Assembly: GCA_051362555.1 (NCBI GenBank) | Contig: CM120640.1 | Span: 7,378,001 to 7,442,000 of the forward strand | Length of the DNA: 64,000 bases | Direction of reading: 5' to 3' | From: Lingula anatina | Taxonomy: Eukaryota; Animalia; Brachiopoda | Part shown: positions 1-13,960 of the stretch, piece by piece | Position numbering within the stretch: the stretch's first letter is position 1 | Layout: every line of letters starts with the position of its first letter | Notes under the pieces: generated by a model | The model's input: the letters and a program-made list of their open reading frames with translations, nothing else | Databases searched by the model: none | What the model was told of the DNA's origin: nothing | Program-made: the position numbers and the translations under genes

Positions 1-1284
1 AAAACATGCCAACAGGTTATGTTCTTTCAACAATGTGAAGGATTACTATTTACATACAACATCATGTTGTTAGCATAACTGTCTTTTTATCATGTCTTGT
101 CCGAAGTTCATGTTTCATAGTAAGGTGCCTCGTACTGTTACATGTGAGGCATTTGGTATATGTCCATTGCCTAAGTCATAGTCGAATTATGCTCTTAAAA
201 ACAAATGTGTAAATTGCAATGCATAAATAAATGTTTGATAAGTTTTACAAAATTCTAGTTAAGCAGTTTCAGAAATTGTAAATAAAAGCTTGAGTAACAA
301 TTGATTTAGAGTCCGACAGATTTTGGAAGGTTTGTTACTACAAGTAAATTGATTTGAAGTAGCATTTTGAAGTAGTAAAATGGCATAAGTGTTCAAACAC
401 AGTTATCGAGATGTCCATATTTTGACCATGTATACTATAACAGCCAATTACAAAACTGACAAAAAGACTAAATACTTCAGCAAGAAAGATTTTGGTTTAT
501 ATTATAAACTTGGAGCAAAAATTGATCTTACAGTTGTATGTGATTGATGGAGAGTCAATGACTTGGTTGCAATAATCATATATATATATTTTTTTTTTTA
601 CATCCTCAGAGTGTTTTTACATCCTCATCTCGGAGTACAGAGAAGTTAGGCCTTTGTGAAAACATATATGTGAAATTCTTATTTTTTTATGTCCTGTTTT
701 TAAGAGTGTACAGATGGAAGTACATTGTGATAAGATTTCAGTTCATTTGACACCACATTGTTTTAACTGAACACCTCAACATTTGTTCTTGTCCATTCAT
801 GCTGAACTATATTGTGGACTTTGTTACTTATTTTCATGTCATCAATAACATTCTTATGTCAGACATGTTTATAGTTTTCAAATAATTATTTTGAACAGTG
901 TTTTGATTTGATAATCACAGTGACAGCTTTGGCATTGTCATGAGATGCAACACAGTGTAGGATCTTCTAAAAGAATATCAAGTCTGTGAAACAAGTTTTT
1001 TCATTGCATCTTGTATAATAATGGTGAAAATGTCAAACCTAAAGAGACGAAACGTGTTATTTTACCTATTGTTCCATTGAATCAGTCATGCCATCAAGCG
1101 CCTTTGATGATGAGCCAAAACATCATGCCCCATAGGTAAAAAACCTGTTTAGTCTCTTTAGAAATGATTTACTTTTGTATCTTATCCAAGATTGAGTCTG
1201 ATATGAATAAGAATATTGTTTTTGTTTCCGAAATTTTTTTCTGATCAATTCATAATAATGATAATGAGTGCTATGTTATTTCAG

Positions 1285-2584
1285 AGTGTTACTCCTACGC
1301 TGATGCAGACAACTGTGCTACATTCAATGGCAGTGTCTACCTTAATGCCACCTGTATGTTCCCCAATACCACTGAGGAGTTTAGCTACCTGAAGGAACTG
1401 GCCCACAATGCCACCAAAAAGACACCAGCAGAGGACTACTTTGAGTGAGTCTGCTGACAGATAAATTGCAATAGTTGTGATAATGAATAATAAATTCAAC
1501 TCAGGAAGAGCAAAGTACTTAGGTACTATTTTGAATGAGGCCCCAGCCAAAATGTGTAGGAAGTCACCAGAGAACTAATACAAGTCAGTCTAAAAAAAAA
1601 GACTGAGCTGTGTAATTCTCTGCTTTGATTATCTTGTGCTAACAGGATACTGCACTACAAATTGTCTTTCAAAATTGTGTAGTTGATAAGGCAGCGTCAA
1701 AAATCTGACATATTTAGATGTTGTTATCTCTCCAGACTCTTATGTTTGGCTACATTAGAAAGATAAAAGCTTCTAAAAGTCATAAAATGTCCAGAATTGT
1801 TTGGTTAATTTAATTTGCTGTAAAGAATTATAAGACCTGGTAGTGAAGCACTGAATGAACTCCGCACTATTGGACTGTGGCACAATCCTGGTGAAGACCA
1901 ATGTCTGGGGTATAAGTTAATCTCTAAAGAAATCCATCTTTCACAGGTGACTACCCTCAACAAGTGATTGAAGCTGATTTAAAATGCCCCTAAAATCAGG
2001 GACAGAGAAACCCAATTCCTTCTGTATCTCTAATTGGTAATTTTCATTTGATTGAGATACTTATATAATGGAAACCTCCTTGCTCAATATTGTCCATGTT
2101 GATAATCCTTGACATGGTCACTCCAGCAGTTAATTCTGATCAACCAAGTGGAGTTGAAAAGTTCAATAACTTATTTACTTTTAGCTTATTGATTCTTTTA
2201 ACAAAAGCTGCCTTGTTATGTTAGGGAAGTAGGTAAATAAGTAAACCTGTTCAAAGAAAGCAGGCAGGCTTCAATTGAGGTCAGCTTGTACTAAATACAA
2301 TTTATATAACGTTAACCTATTGCACTTCATTGAATAGCATTAAAGTGAGATTTTATTTAAATCACAAACCAGGGAAAATTGTGTAAAATCAACCCTGTTT
2401 GAAATTGCCCCAATATTTTTGGTTGAATACTTTGGTGGAATTTTGAAAGCATTGATTCAGTTACTGTTTCAAGACATTTTTCTTTTTGTACAATATATAT
2501 CAAAAATCCATTATTTTTCTTGGTAGTTTATCAGCCTTAAGCAGCACCTATATCCCCTGTAGTAAGGTTTCTGAGTCATTTCCT

Positions 2585-2622
<38 letters not shown>

Positions 2623-5600
2623 GTCGAAAATCATGTCTGTGTTCCTGTTAGTTAGATGGGTCAAAAAAAAAAGTAAGAAAAAGCATTGCCATTTTATGAA
2701 AGAGATTTAGACCAACAATTTATCCCAGATTCTTATTATTATGAGTCCTGAAAAGGGTGATGCTGCTCCATTCAATATGCTGACTTTGCATGTCTAAATG
2801 ATTTAACAGCAATAAGGAAGTCATGCTCTTAGAGCTCATTAGACAAACAGTGGCACATGTTACATGATAAATGAATAGATCATCCTGTTCCCATTGCAAC
2901 CCAAGCCCACAAAACTTTTGTCTTTTTCTGGGACAAAAGTTGCAAAATTTGTCTCCCTCTTTGTTTCAATTGCAGTGAAAATTGAATTATTGAATAAAAA
3001 TCTAATCAGGAGTAAAGTACGATGACATAATAAATTGTTTCTTGTTTAAGAGGAGAAAAATTACATGCATAATAAATCAGCCAATCATAAACATGTCTTA
3101 TTTTAGTTATGATCATGCCATCATATTCTAAGCTGTGCAATTTTTTAAGAGTTGGTTTTCAATTTGATGTATGTATTTTTACCATGCTTTCAGGAACTAT
3201 GTATTAGAGCTGAGTGATGGCATAGATAACGTTGGCCCAGTGAAGTGGCAACTACTGCTCTGCCTGCTCCTTGCCTGGCTCATTGTGTTTGCCTGTCTCT
3301 CAAGAGGTGTGCAGTCCTTTGGAAAGGTAGGACTGAGGACAACCCATGCAACAGCTGTAGATATTTTATATACAACTGTTTTTTTGTTTTAATACAAAAA
3401 TGTTTTTGAAAATTTTAAAGATTCATAATGTAAAAAGGTTCCTTATCCATATTTTTATGATGAATTTTCTGTAAGTATTTGGTTAGTTTCATGTGTTTAC
3501 TTAATTTAAAGCAGTGCTCTTCTGTGGGATTATTTTTTCCTATTTATATTTAGATGATGAGCAATAGTTTTCTGTGGTGATGATATTCAAGGCTGACTCC
3601 AAAACACTGAAAGTGTTCTTATTCGTGGTTATTTGCACTTTATAAAATACATGAGTTTGTTTTGTCATCGCCTCTGTACACGTTGTGCTTGTACCAGTAA
3701 GGTTATTATTTTAATACACAATCTGCAGTAAATACAGTAGGTAGGTGGAGTAAGAGAGGAGTCCTAAGAGAGTACTTTTTGCTATTGTGTTGAGAGGGAG
3801 ATGAGAAGGTGTTTAATAGCATTCTTTGCATGGTGGAAGAGGTGGGAAGGAGTGCTGTGTAAGTCACTTTCTTAACCTTGAGTACACCTTCTGCAAACTA
3901 AAGTGACTGACCTTTCTGCACTGTAAGCTGCTTCCACTGAACTGTAGAGTCAAGGATTGGTTCAGCATCTGTGTGGAAGCATCTTACAGTACAGATAGGT
4001 CAGTGAATGAATTCAAGTCTTAACTACCTTGTACCTTGGGTACTTTCAAGTACTTCCTGCATATGATGCTTATATCTGACTGTTATTCTTCAGGTGAAGA
4101 AATTACTGAAACACTAATTAAAATTAATAAATGGGAAAAGTGATACGACTGGCACGTACTCGATCACTACCAAGTTGTCACTGTGAACAAGACTGCATTT
4201 GCAGTATTAAGTTTACAGTACCAGGCCTGAAGCCAACAATTTAATGGGGGGATGGGGTGTTATTTTTGTGATAGACATGCTTTTCATTACGGCATATAAA
4301 AAAGAACTGATTTTAACTTTGAACAGTCATTATTTCCAGACACAAAAGCACTAGATTTGAACCCCCCTTCAACCACCTTGCCTACATGACTGAGTACTTC
4401 AGTAACTTTTCCCAGATTTTTTTTTTTTATTTTTCATATTTAATCTTTGACTAGGCACATGAACTTACATCTTTTCATCAAATTTCAGGTTGCCTATTTC
4501 ACGGCTCTGTTCCCGTATGTTGTCCTCTTCATCCTCCTCATCCGTGGAGTGACGTTACCTGGGTCGGTGGACGGTATCAAATTCTATCTCACACCTGAGT
4601 GGCACAGACTGGGCAAGGCAAAGGTAGGTGGACATCAACTGTGACAGGTTTTTGAAATTTTAATAATGATAATGAAATTTAATGAATTAATTTTTAAAGT
4701 CTAAAATCCATTTAACATGTTCAGTAGACTTTAATAAAATACATTTAAAACACAATTTGCAAGATATTCAAGATATGATTTTTTAAAAATTAAAATGGAA
4801 AAGAAAACCTTTATTTTGTTTGCTTCATATATACGTGTACTTTTGCTGGCAAAGTTTTCCAGTGGAAATACTGTTTTTCCAACTGATCAGTTTTTAAGCT
4901 ATTAACATTTAGATGAGGGCCAGTTGATTTCTGACCTGATGATATTCAGGGTTGACCATAAGCTTGGTAGAAATCATTAAAAATGTCCTCATTCTTGGAT
5001 GTTTTCCCAGGACAATGGCAAGAAAAAAGCTTATTAAATTTAGATAATGCCTTTATTACATTAGATAATGTGCTAAAAGGATTTCATGTGTGAGGACTTT
5101 TTATTGTGGTTGTAGAGAGTGAATATATTAAATTGTCAGATGTATTGTGGTTTCTTAGTTCAGCGTGAAAATAAATGTACTAGATGACATCTCTCCTCTC
5201 CTTAATGTTTTCTAAGGACAGGAGGCACTCAAAGTTAATTAAGTACACTTAATTAATTATGCTTTTATGAAAAACATTTGAAGAACCCCCACATTTGAAT
5301 TCTTATCAAAGTCATGTTCCCATGCCTATGATGTCATTCAGTAAAATATCTACTGAGCAAATGAATAGGTCAAGAGATACTTGCAGTTCTGATTTTAATT
5401 ACAGATTGAAAGAATAATTGGTTTATTACTTAGGTTTTTAGACAAAATTTCAGCTGAGGTCTGCATTTTATTGCAATTTAAATGAATGAATGGTCAGTTA
5501 CCTTAAGTTTGTTTTCTAACCAAACCATGGTGTTTAAAAATATCCGACTGTTGAATTTTTGAAACTAAAAAGTTAAGTCAGATATACACTGTACATTGTC

Positions 5601-8600
5601 TGTCCATGCTTTAAATATTATTCAAGTATATCATTCCAAGTCAAGTGATGAACAGAAAAACAAGTTGCTACCCAAATTTCTTTTTAATGGCAACATACTA
5701 GGCCAGGTGATAAGGAAGCATACTAACCTAGTAATATGCATCTAACAGCTGACCATGAACTGCTGTTACAATTGTCATACTTAAATATACATGCAAACAG
5801 TTCATTTTGAATGTGGGTGCTGTAGATTGATTTATATTCCATACTTTAGGAGTTGTCACTTTGTGCACATTTTATTGCATCATTAGCAAGTCTAAATAAG
5901 GAGCAGATCGTTGGAATTTTTTCACAGACAATGTATGGTTGTTAAAACCTGACTGATGTAGAAGTAAATAGTCTGTTGAGGTTAGAAAAGGAGGTACGTG
6001 TGTTTATTATGGGTGAAATAGTGTGGTAGTTGTGATGTGATGCGTTAGTTGTGACTGTGAGGGATTTCCTCTCAATGTGTGTTGTTTTTACCTCCAGGTA
6101 TGGGTGGAAGCGGCTGTCCAGATCTTCTTCAGTCTCAGTCCAGCTTGGGGTGGACTTATAGCACTGGCCAGCTATAATAAATTCAATAATAATTGCTTCA
6201 AGTGAGTATGTCACTGATCAAAATATATTTCTTTGTTTGCATAGTAATTATACATAAGACAGCATGTGCAGACGAAAAACTTTTGAATGGTTTATCTAGA
6301 GTTTACTATGTTTAACATTATTATAGTTTATAAATCATTGAAGATAGATGAACCTAAGTATTGCCAATGTAAATTCTGTTTTCACCTGTTTCACTGGAAT
6401 GTTTATACGGGTCGCTTGGTTTGTCTGAACTTAAATGCCTCACACACAGCTGTTCTATTGTCCTTTCAATAACCTTTGGATTGGATAAATTTTGAAACAC
6501 TTGTGGTGCTGTCATTATATTACTTAATTCACAGCTGCATCTTAAAAGATTTTTTTATTATGAAAGGTGGGTTTTGATGGATAAACTACCTTGTTTTCCA
6601 GGGATGCTCTGATTGTATCCATTGGAAATATCAGCACCAGTATATTCGCTGGCATTGTCATATTTGCCATCGTTGGCTACCTTGCTCATGAGCTGGATCA
6701 AGGCGTGGGTGATGTGGTGGCTCAGGGTGAGATGATCTAGAATTTAGAATAAGTGTGAAATAGTAATATATAAGTTCACCAGAGTAAACAAACATATGCA
6801 TTCATTTTGAGGAATGGACAAAAGTGATTTACACAGGATGCACTTTGTCTAATGCAACACAGCCATAGAAGTTCTTAATTCATGGTAATATTAAATAATA
6901 TAGACACATTAAATAATTTAGACATTGTCACAGACACTAAAAACTCCTTTGACATAGACAGGGACAACTTATATATATATTGCCTCAACTTGTCTCTACG
7001 AAAAAGTTCTCTATCTATATTTCAGGTGCTGGCCTTGCGTTCATGGTATACCCAGAGGTAGTAACAAGATTGCCCATCTCTCCACTCTGGTCCTTCCTAT
7101 TCTTCTTTATGTTGTTAACCCTGGGCCTGGGGAGCATGGTAAGTGGTCCTACCCATACTTCATTGATAATCATTTCTATTTCTCAAATTGAGCGCTGTGA
7201 TCAACTTTGAATAAATTGATTTTCTAAAATGACGTAATAGCGAGGAGGAATTCTTAAGACCTGTCTGAATTTACTGATAAGTGGATCTTCACAGATGTAT
7301 TTGACATGGAAATTTCATTAACAGATTGGTTTCGTAAGTGGCATTTATTGATTTAATTTTTGAGTATTTTCTTTTTTGTTAAATATTCCAATACTTTTGT
7401 GTTAAGCATCCAAACGGTATTTACATATATACTCTTGGCTGCACAATCAATCAAATACAACTGTATACTTTAACTGTCAACATCCCTCTTTCCTTAATAC
7501 TGAGTAGAACTTTTTATAGCTATGTACACATTTGTCTAGTCCTGTGCATCTGCAATTTTTGTCACAGTTATAGCATATTTTTCTGTGATACTGCAGTAGA
7601 GCTTTTTAGTCAATTAGATGCCTTCTTAATCATCTAAATCTGCTTGCTTCTTAGTCACAGTGGTAGTTGTTTTCTTAAATTTTGTTTTATAGGTAATAAA
7701 TCATTTATTTTGAATTTTAGACTTTTAAAAACATGCATTGTTTAATCCATCTGTTTTTCCTTTTACATTGTTTTAATTTGCTTTTTTTACATGATTGTAG
7801 ATATCAGAGTAGAATTCTAGCTGCATGTAAAACTTTAAGATGACTTTAACCTTGTTTTAATGACACATCTTAAAGACTAATTTAGACATTTACCATACCT
7901 TCTGCACTGCTTCTACTTCATATTATTGCCACATACTTATGTGAATATATTTACATACTATATTTCATGGGGGGAGGGATCAAAATTATTGTTTTGTATT
8001 GATAAGCATGTTTTGAATGAATGAAAAAAGAATGACACTGGACTTTTGAAAAAAATTGTTGGAAACAAGATCACAGTTTGCTGTAAGGAGTGTTATGCTC
8101 CAATACTTCACCCCTGTGTTTTCAAGCTAGATATATATTTTTGGAATATAGATTATATTATTTTCAATATCATGTTTTCAGATTTTTAGCAATAAGATAA
8201 ACTTACTGGCATCAATAAAAATTACAACCATAAATTACACGTTAGAGTAACCTTCGGAAGTTATTGTGTATGTTTAATCATTATCCGTGCATACTGGCAA
8301 CCCTCCTCCTACTTCCACTGTCAACTACCAGCTCAAGATATGACATCTCTTGTAAAGCATTGGTACCGCAAGCTTGTGTGATGCAGAATGTACAGCTTAC
8401 CCTAACTTCATTGTTTTGCTTTAACTTTTGCTTTAGCAGCATTAACTGTAATATCCCTGTAATATCATCACAACTGACACACACTGCCATGACATCTGAA
8501 CTTGTTATACTACAGTTTACATGTACATTATTGTCATGATGTTCCTCCTTGCTATAACTGTATCTTACATACACTGTAACAGTTATGGTACTCTTCCTTG

Positions 8601-11600
8601 CTATACCACAACTACAACTTACATACACTGTCCTGACATTCTTCCTTGCTTTACCATTACTTTGATGCATTGCTATGTCATCTTTGCTGTATATGAAATT
8701 TTATCAATCATTACCACAACATATATCTAAATTTGCTAACCTGCTGTAAAACAATAACATCTGTAACCTGTAATCTTTTTTCTTCAATTGATCTGTTCGC
8801 CCAAAAATTCAAATTTTGATTATTATCACTGAACTTTATCCTTAAACATAACAACATTTCCCTTATGATACAGTACACTTAAGGTAGAAAATGTAGACTG
8901 GTTAAAACATTGCTCTTATGCTCTGCTATAGATTAGCTTTATTTTATTTGCTATGCTGTGTTGTTCACTTAGAACATTTTACTAACAGCAAACAACTCAG
9001 CTTTGAAATGTGTATTTTTGTGCTTTATAAGCACATTTCTTCGTTCATCAATATATAGCATTTTTCACTACTAACAGTTTCACATATATACCACTGTTGT
9101 GTTACATGTACCAGCTTGTAAAATTCTCAGTTTGCAGTCTCATGTTGCTTATGATTTGTATGTCTGAGAGCAAAATATTGTATGGTATGTAGGTTTCAGT
9201 AAGTATATATAAAAATATATATGAATGTATCACAGTGTGGATGGATGGAAGTACAGTCTTCGAAGTATGTCATGACAATTTCCTTTCACTGAAATTATAG
9301 AAATGATCCAAATTGTGTAATCAGAGTTTTTGTGAAAGTGAATAAGTACACATTAGTTGCAATGGGAAGAAATGGTGTAAGTGCAAAATTGGTGTGTTAG
9401 ACTGGGTTTCCATAGATTTAGATCGATCCATCTGGATTGATCTAACTCCCTGGGGGTTCACGCTAAATTGCTGTCAGCTGAACGCGCCTGAAAGTTAATT
9501 ATCCCCTTACAGCTTTTAGTAGGTGGGACAGACATTTAAGCCGGTTAATCTGACAACAACCTAGTGAGACTCCCCACAGGGATACATCGATCTAAAATCT
9601 GTGGGAATATAGTCTTAAATATGAAAATGTGGTAGTTGTGCTTGTGTTCAGTGCTTAGTTCTTTTCATAGCTTGTGGCTGTTTTTTAACTGCTTATTAGG
9701 TTGTTGTGTGCGGCAACCAGTACTATGCTAGATGTCTTATTTACATTCTAGTTTGCAACCAGCGAAACCGTGACCACTTCTTTCCTCGACCTCTTTCCAC
9801 AGTGGAGAAAGCGGAAAGTTTTCGTAGTATTAGCCTGGGCTTTAATTGGCCTTGTTGGAGGGATGCCTATGTGCACTAGGGTAGGTGTGTGACCCCTGTA
9901 TGGGCCCTAAATAAGGAGACACTGACACTGTTTTAATTCTGCACCATTTCATATTTTTCCCCCATCAGTTTGCCATCAGCGAGACTTGCATCACTGGAAT
10001 TACGGATCTGTTCCCTCAATGGCGCAGGCGGAAGTGGGCGGTGGTGTTAGGCTTTGCCATATTTGGCACTATAGTCGGCCTGCCCATGACTACCAAGGTA
10101 GGTGACACGACGTGCGTGCGTGACTATGCTTGGCGGATGTCACATGTTAGTTTGCGACCAGGCTGCTAACTTTGCAGTGAATTGCACCAGGGGTGATATG
10201 CTGCATGGTACTATATATTCATATATAAATATATATATTTATTGATGTACACTTGGTAGGGTCAGGTAGCAGATAATTTGTATGCAGATATGTATATAAG
10301 CACAACATTATTATTATCATATAATGCACTCTAACTATAACAGGAGAAAAATATTTATTGGTTTACTTGTGTGTTTTTTCTGAAACTCTATATTTAGGAG
10401 TTACTGATAAACAATTATAATATGCACCTATAATTTCCTACTTTTCAAGCCGGTATACATAGTCATGACAAGACCCAACCTGTATCATGCTTGATCATGT
10501 TGACAATCATAGGCCCACAATCAAATTTGCCATCATTTGCAGTGGCCTTCAAGTAAACCAAGATTTGACCAAAATTTCAATCAACCTATCATATTAGTAT
10601 AACATATATCTTGTATCCACTGTTAATAACACAAGTAGACATAAGTTTAATTGTAACACTATGCAATTTGGACTTAATTGGTAGCTGCTCTTAGCATTTC
10701 ACATCAATTAAGAATGCATTATAGCTATTTAACAATAATGCAGTAGTATTGTGAACAACTGATACAGCTAATGGGACATTAATATAATCCTGGTCATTCT
10801 TGGGGAGATAAAAAAAATCATCAGTTATTTATTCAAAAATCTATGGTAGCGAATGGTATTTTGGGGTCATAGGGAGGGTTGAAGTACATAGTTATGTGGC
10901 AGAAGGAGGCTGATTTATAACTGGATTAGATGCTGATTCTGTAATAAATAGGACCTAATAGCCATACATTATGTCCTCAATGATGGTAAGTGTATTACAG
11001 TATCCCCAGGTTGTTGACCCTAACTGTGCACTGAAGAGCTTGTTTATTCTGTGGATTTTGACTCTTGTACTCTGTTCTCTGTTACACAATCAGATTTGGA
11101 TACTTAGTTTGTGTTGACTACCGTCCAAATTCTATAGAAGTGGTATTAGATTGCTTAGGTTCCTCTTTCTGTGTCCAAGGGGGATGCATGTTTATTTTAC
11201 AAGGTGGACCTGATAGATGCTAATATTTGTAGAAATGCACTGCTTAATGTGTACTGCAGAACTTTGTTGAATTAAGGACATAGGTCTGCATTGGGTTATT
11301 GTAAATTTAATTTTCACAATCCTTCTATACTGTATCAAAATACGTAACAGATGTTCTGTCTTAATGTCATGTAACTGGTAGAAGAACATGCCTGACATGC
11401 CAGCTGCTATAAGCTGCACGTGTGACTTGGAAGCCTGAAAGGTCATGAGCATGAGGCAATTTCTCAATATTTTCACCTAGCTCTTTACATTCTTCTATGC
11501 CCCCCCTCCCCCCCAAACCAGCAGTCTCAACTATTCTCTGTCTCTATCCACTGTCATTAATATGTCCTTACCCCGTGGCCAGTTCACAAAATAACTTAAA

Positions 11601-13960
11601 ATGGAAATTTTCTCTGAATTTTAAGGTCGAGATTTTAGTTCACTATGACTTGAGGTAAATCTGGTAGCCAATTATTTCTTGCTTTAAAACATGTACAGTA
11701 TTTCATCTTGATGGCCTCTACTTATATATCTCAGGTCAAAGTAGACTAATTATTTTGGTCTTGAAGTTGATTTTGGTCTTTTGAAGTCTTTTGTGAAACT
11801 GTCCTTAGACCCTGGTCCTCGTCCAGGACCATCTAGTCCATCTACACAGGGGTGTACAATACTTGGGATTGGGCTTGTTATATTGTCATTGCTGGCTGTA
11901 GCAGCTTCCACTGCTGTAGTTGTATCTTATGATGTGTGATTTTTATCATTGTTTTGCAGGTGTTTGCACCAAAGACATTTGCGTAGTTCTTGAGTTTTTG
12001 CCTTGTTTATGAAATGGAAGCCAAACCCAACATGTCCGTGAAACTTAATCTGACCCATAACTTTTTCTTCACTTCTTCCTGAAATGGACACTGGTGTGAT
12101 ACCATGCAGATGGAGAAGATATTTCTTGCACTAGTTTTTTTTTGACATTTTAATTTATTTGTTGTTTTTCACTTTTGAGGTTATTTTGGCTATATGTTCT
12201 GGGTATGATGGGGATATTTTCACCTGGCACTTGCTGACAATTTTAGATCTGCTCTTGTCTTTTCACAGTCTTACAGGATCTTAGTTTGCAGTTTAATAGC
12301 ATTCATTCTATACAAATATATATCTAGTTATACATATATATATATAACTTAAAACTTATATTATTAGTAACTATAAACATGTGGCAATATAATATATATC
12401 AACCATTTCAGTCTGTGACACTCCTACATGTTAAGTGTTCTCAGTATTAAATTGATCCTTGCCTCATTCAAGTTTTAACTTAAAAGTTTGTATATTACAT
12501 TTGACTTGATTTACCTAATTAAACATTATGAATAAGTAAAAGAAATTACATGTACAGTTTATTTTTTTAATATTGCATGCAGCTTCATTTTTAATTATTA
12601 TTTTTAATTTGTTAAATGCCTAGCTAAAATACCACTGCTTATCCAGTTTTGCATATTTTACTTTAATATTGTATCAGTGTTGGTTTTATATGTTATTGTA
12701 TATTTTCTTATCATTGCTCCAATGCTGTATTTTAGGGAGGTATGTACATCCTGCAGCTGATGGACACATATGCTGCCAGTTGGTCTGTGTTCATCTTTGC
12801 CAGCTTGGAGTCTCTGCTCATAGGATGGGTATATGGTAAGATAACGTAACATCTTGTTTTGCACTATAAGCCTATATTTACACTGCAGATTCACTTGCTG
12901 TTCTTTCATTAAATTGTGAATCACGATGTCTTGTAAAAGATTTTAATAAGCGTTTTAAAGTTTTTTTAGTCTGCTGTAATTCATTTGTTATCTAGAATTC
13001 CATGTAGAGTGATAGAACATTTTCACCTAATATATGCATTCTTGTTTTTTTTTATCTATTAGATGTTGCTTTTCCTAAATTATTATTATTATTTTCAATA
13101 TCAAGGTGCTGACCGTTTCTGCAAAGATATTGAACAGATGATAGGCCCCCGCAGCCGACTGTTCAAGCTTATCTTCAAAATATTTTGGTGTTTCCTCAGT
13201 CCAGCCACGTTAATGGTAAGTATCATGTCCTCTCAAATACTTCTCTCAGTCAATTTGGTGAGAAACCATGCAGGGGTCCTATTATGAAAAATAAGAGTAA
13301 AATCATTTTATCATTTAAATGTGTGGGGTCTTCAGTGCAGTTTCTGCAAAGTTAGAACATATTTTAGATTTCTAGTGATAATACTTCCTGGGTAATGTCT
13401 TCAAAAAAAAAAAGGGGGGGGGGGGGTTCCACTGAAGAATTACAATCATTATTGTTTTTGAAGTTCATGACAAGCATATTCTCCACTTGTTATTTCAGTT
13501 TTTGTTATTCTTCAACTGGATCCAGTACAAGCCTATTGAGTATGCAGGCGAGCCGTACCCCATGTGGGCCGATGCTCTGGGCTGGATGCTCTCTCTAACC
13601 CCTGTCATTGTTGTAGTGGGTATGTCAGTATACAAGATTTTTACCACACATGATGAAGGGAAAACATTTTGGCAGGTAAATTTTTTCAATGCTTTATTTT
13701 AAAAAATGATTCATTTTATTATTATTATTTTTTTAAATGAATTTACAAACTCTGTAGGTATAAATAAATTCTTTGATCTACCAAGGATGTGCTTTTTCTT
13801 CTATTTGTCATAAAGCATACACTCCAGCATACAACCAATATTTAAAAGGCAATTCTATTGCTTTCAGAAAATAAAATTTCTCTCACAACCGCATGCCTCA
13901 TGGGGCCCGGCCAATACAAAGAACAGATATGACAGTGTCACTGTGCAGTACACACCGTGA
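1285..13960 (+). CDS. SLC6 Na+/Cl- dependent transporter, glycine transporter (GlyT)-like; 5'-partial, from EL2 to the C-terminus
   Basis: Phase-consistent GT-AG exons: 1285-1444, 3194-3326, 4489-4623, 6098-6201, 6602-6726, 7026-7138, [9752-9880 or 9969-10097], 12736-12835, 13106-13215, 13499-13675, 13868-13960 (TGA). SLC6 motifs include [69 protein letters not shown] and WGP. The TM6 Trp in 'AWGGL' is typical of glycine transporters. The N-terminal exons lie upstream of the window. Confidence 0.93.
4222..4392. mobile_element. Short degenerate non-autonomous DNA element (~170 bp, CAG...CTG termini, 5-bp TSD)
   Basis: Begins caggcctgaagccaa and ends ttgcctacatgactg (imperfect TIR). Flanked by the direct repeat agtac (4217-4221 and 4393-4397). 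A similar element lies at 45493-45660. Confidence 0.5.
9399..9615. mobile_element. Degenerate MITE/foldback
   Basis: agactgggtttccatagatttagatcgat at the left end is an imperfect reverse complement of atcgatctaaaatctgtgggaatatagtct at the right end. Inner arms ctgggggttcacgctaaattgctgtcag / ctgacaacaacctagtgagactccccacag also pair imperfectly. Confidence 0.6.
9752..9880 (+). CDS. SLC6 alternative exon A (TM8 second half to TM9)
   Basis: ttctag|TTT...AGG|gtaggt, 129 nt, phase 0/0; translates [43 protein letters not shown]. Confidence 0.88.
9969..10097 (+). CDS. SLC6 alternative exon B (paralogous to exon A)
   Basis: catcag|TTT...AAG|gtaggt, 129 nt, phase 0/0; translates [43 protein letters not shown]. 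Confidence 0.88.

Noticed and set aside
8264-8730. Overlapping ORFs on both strands in an SLC6 intron
   Set aside because: They arise from a degenerate short tandem repeat (ccttgctata...tacatacactg); no protein motif.
9131-9185. Possible third SLC6 alternative exon (cag|TTT GCA GTC TCA, FAVS...)
   Set aside because: In-frame stop after 7 codons and no further similarity to exons A and B.
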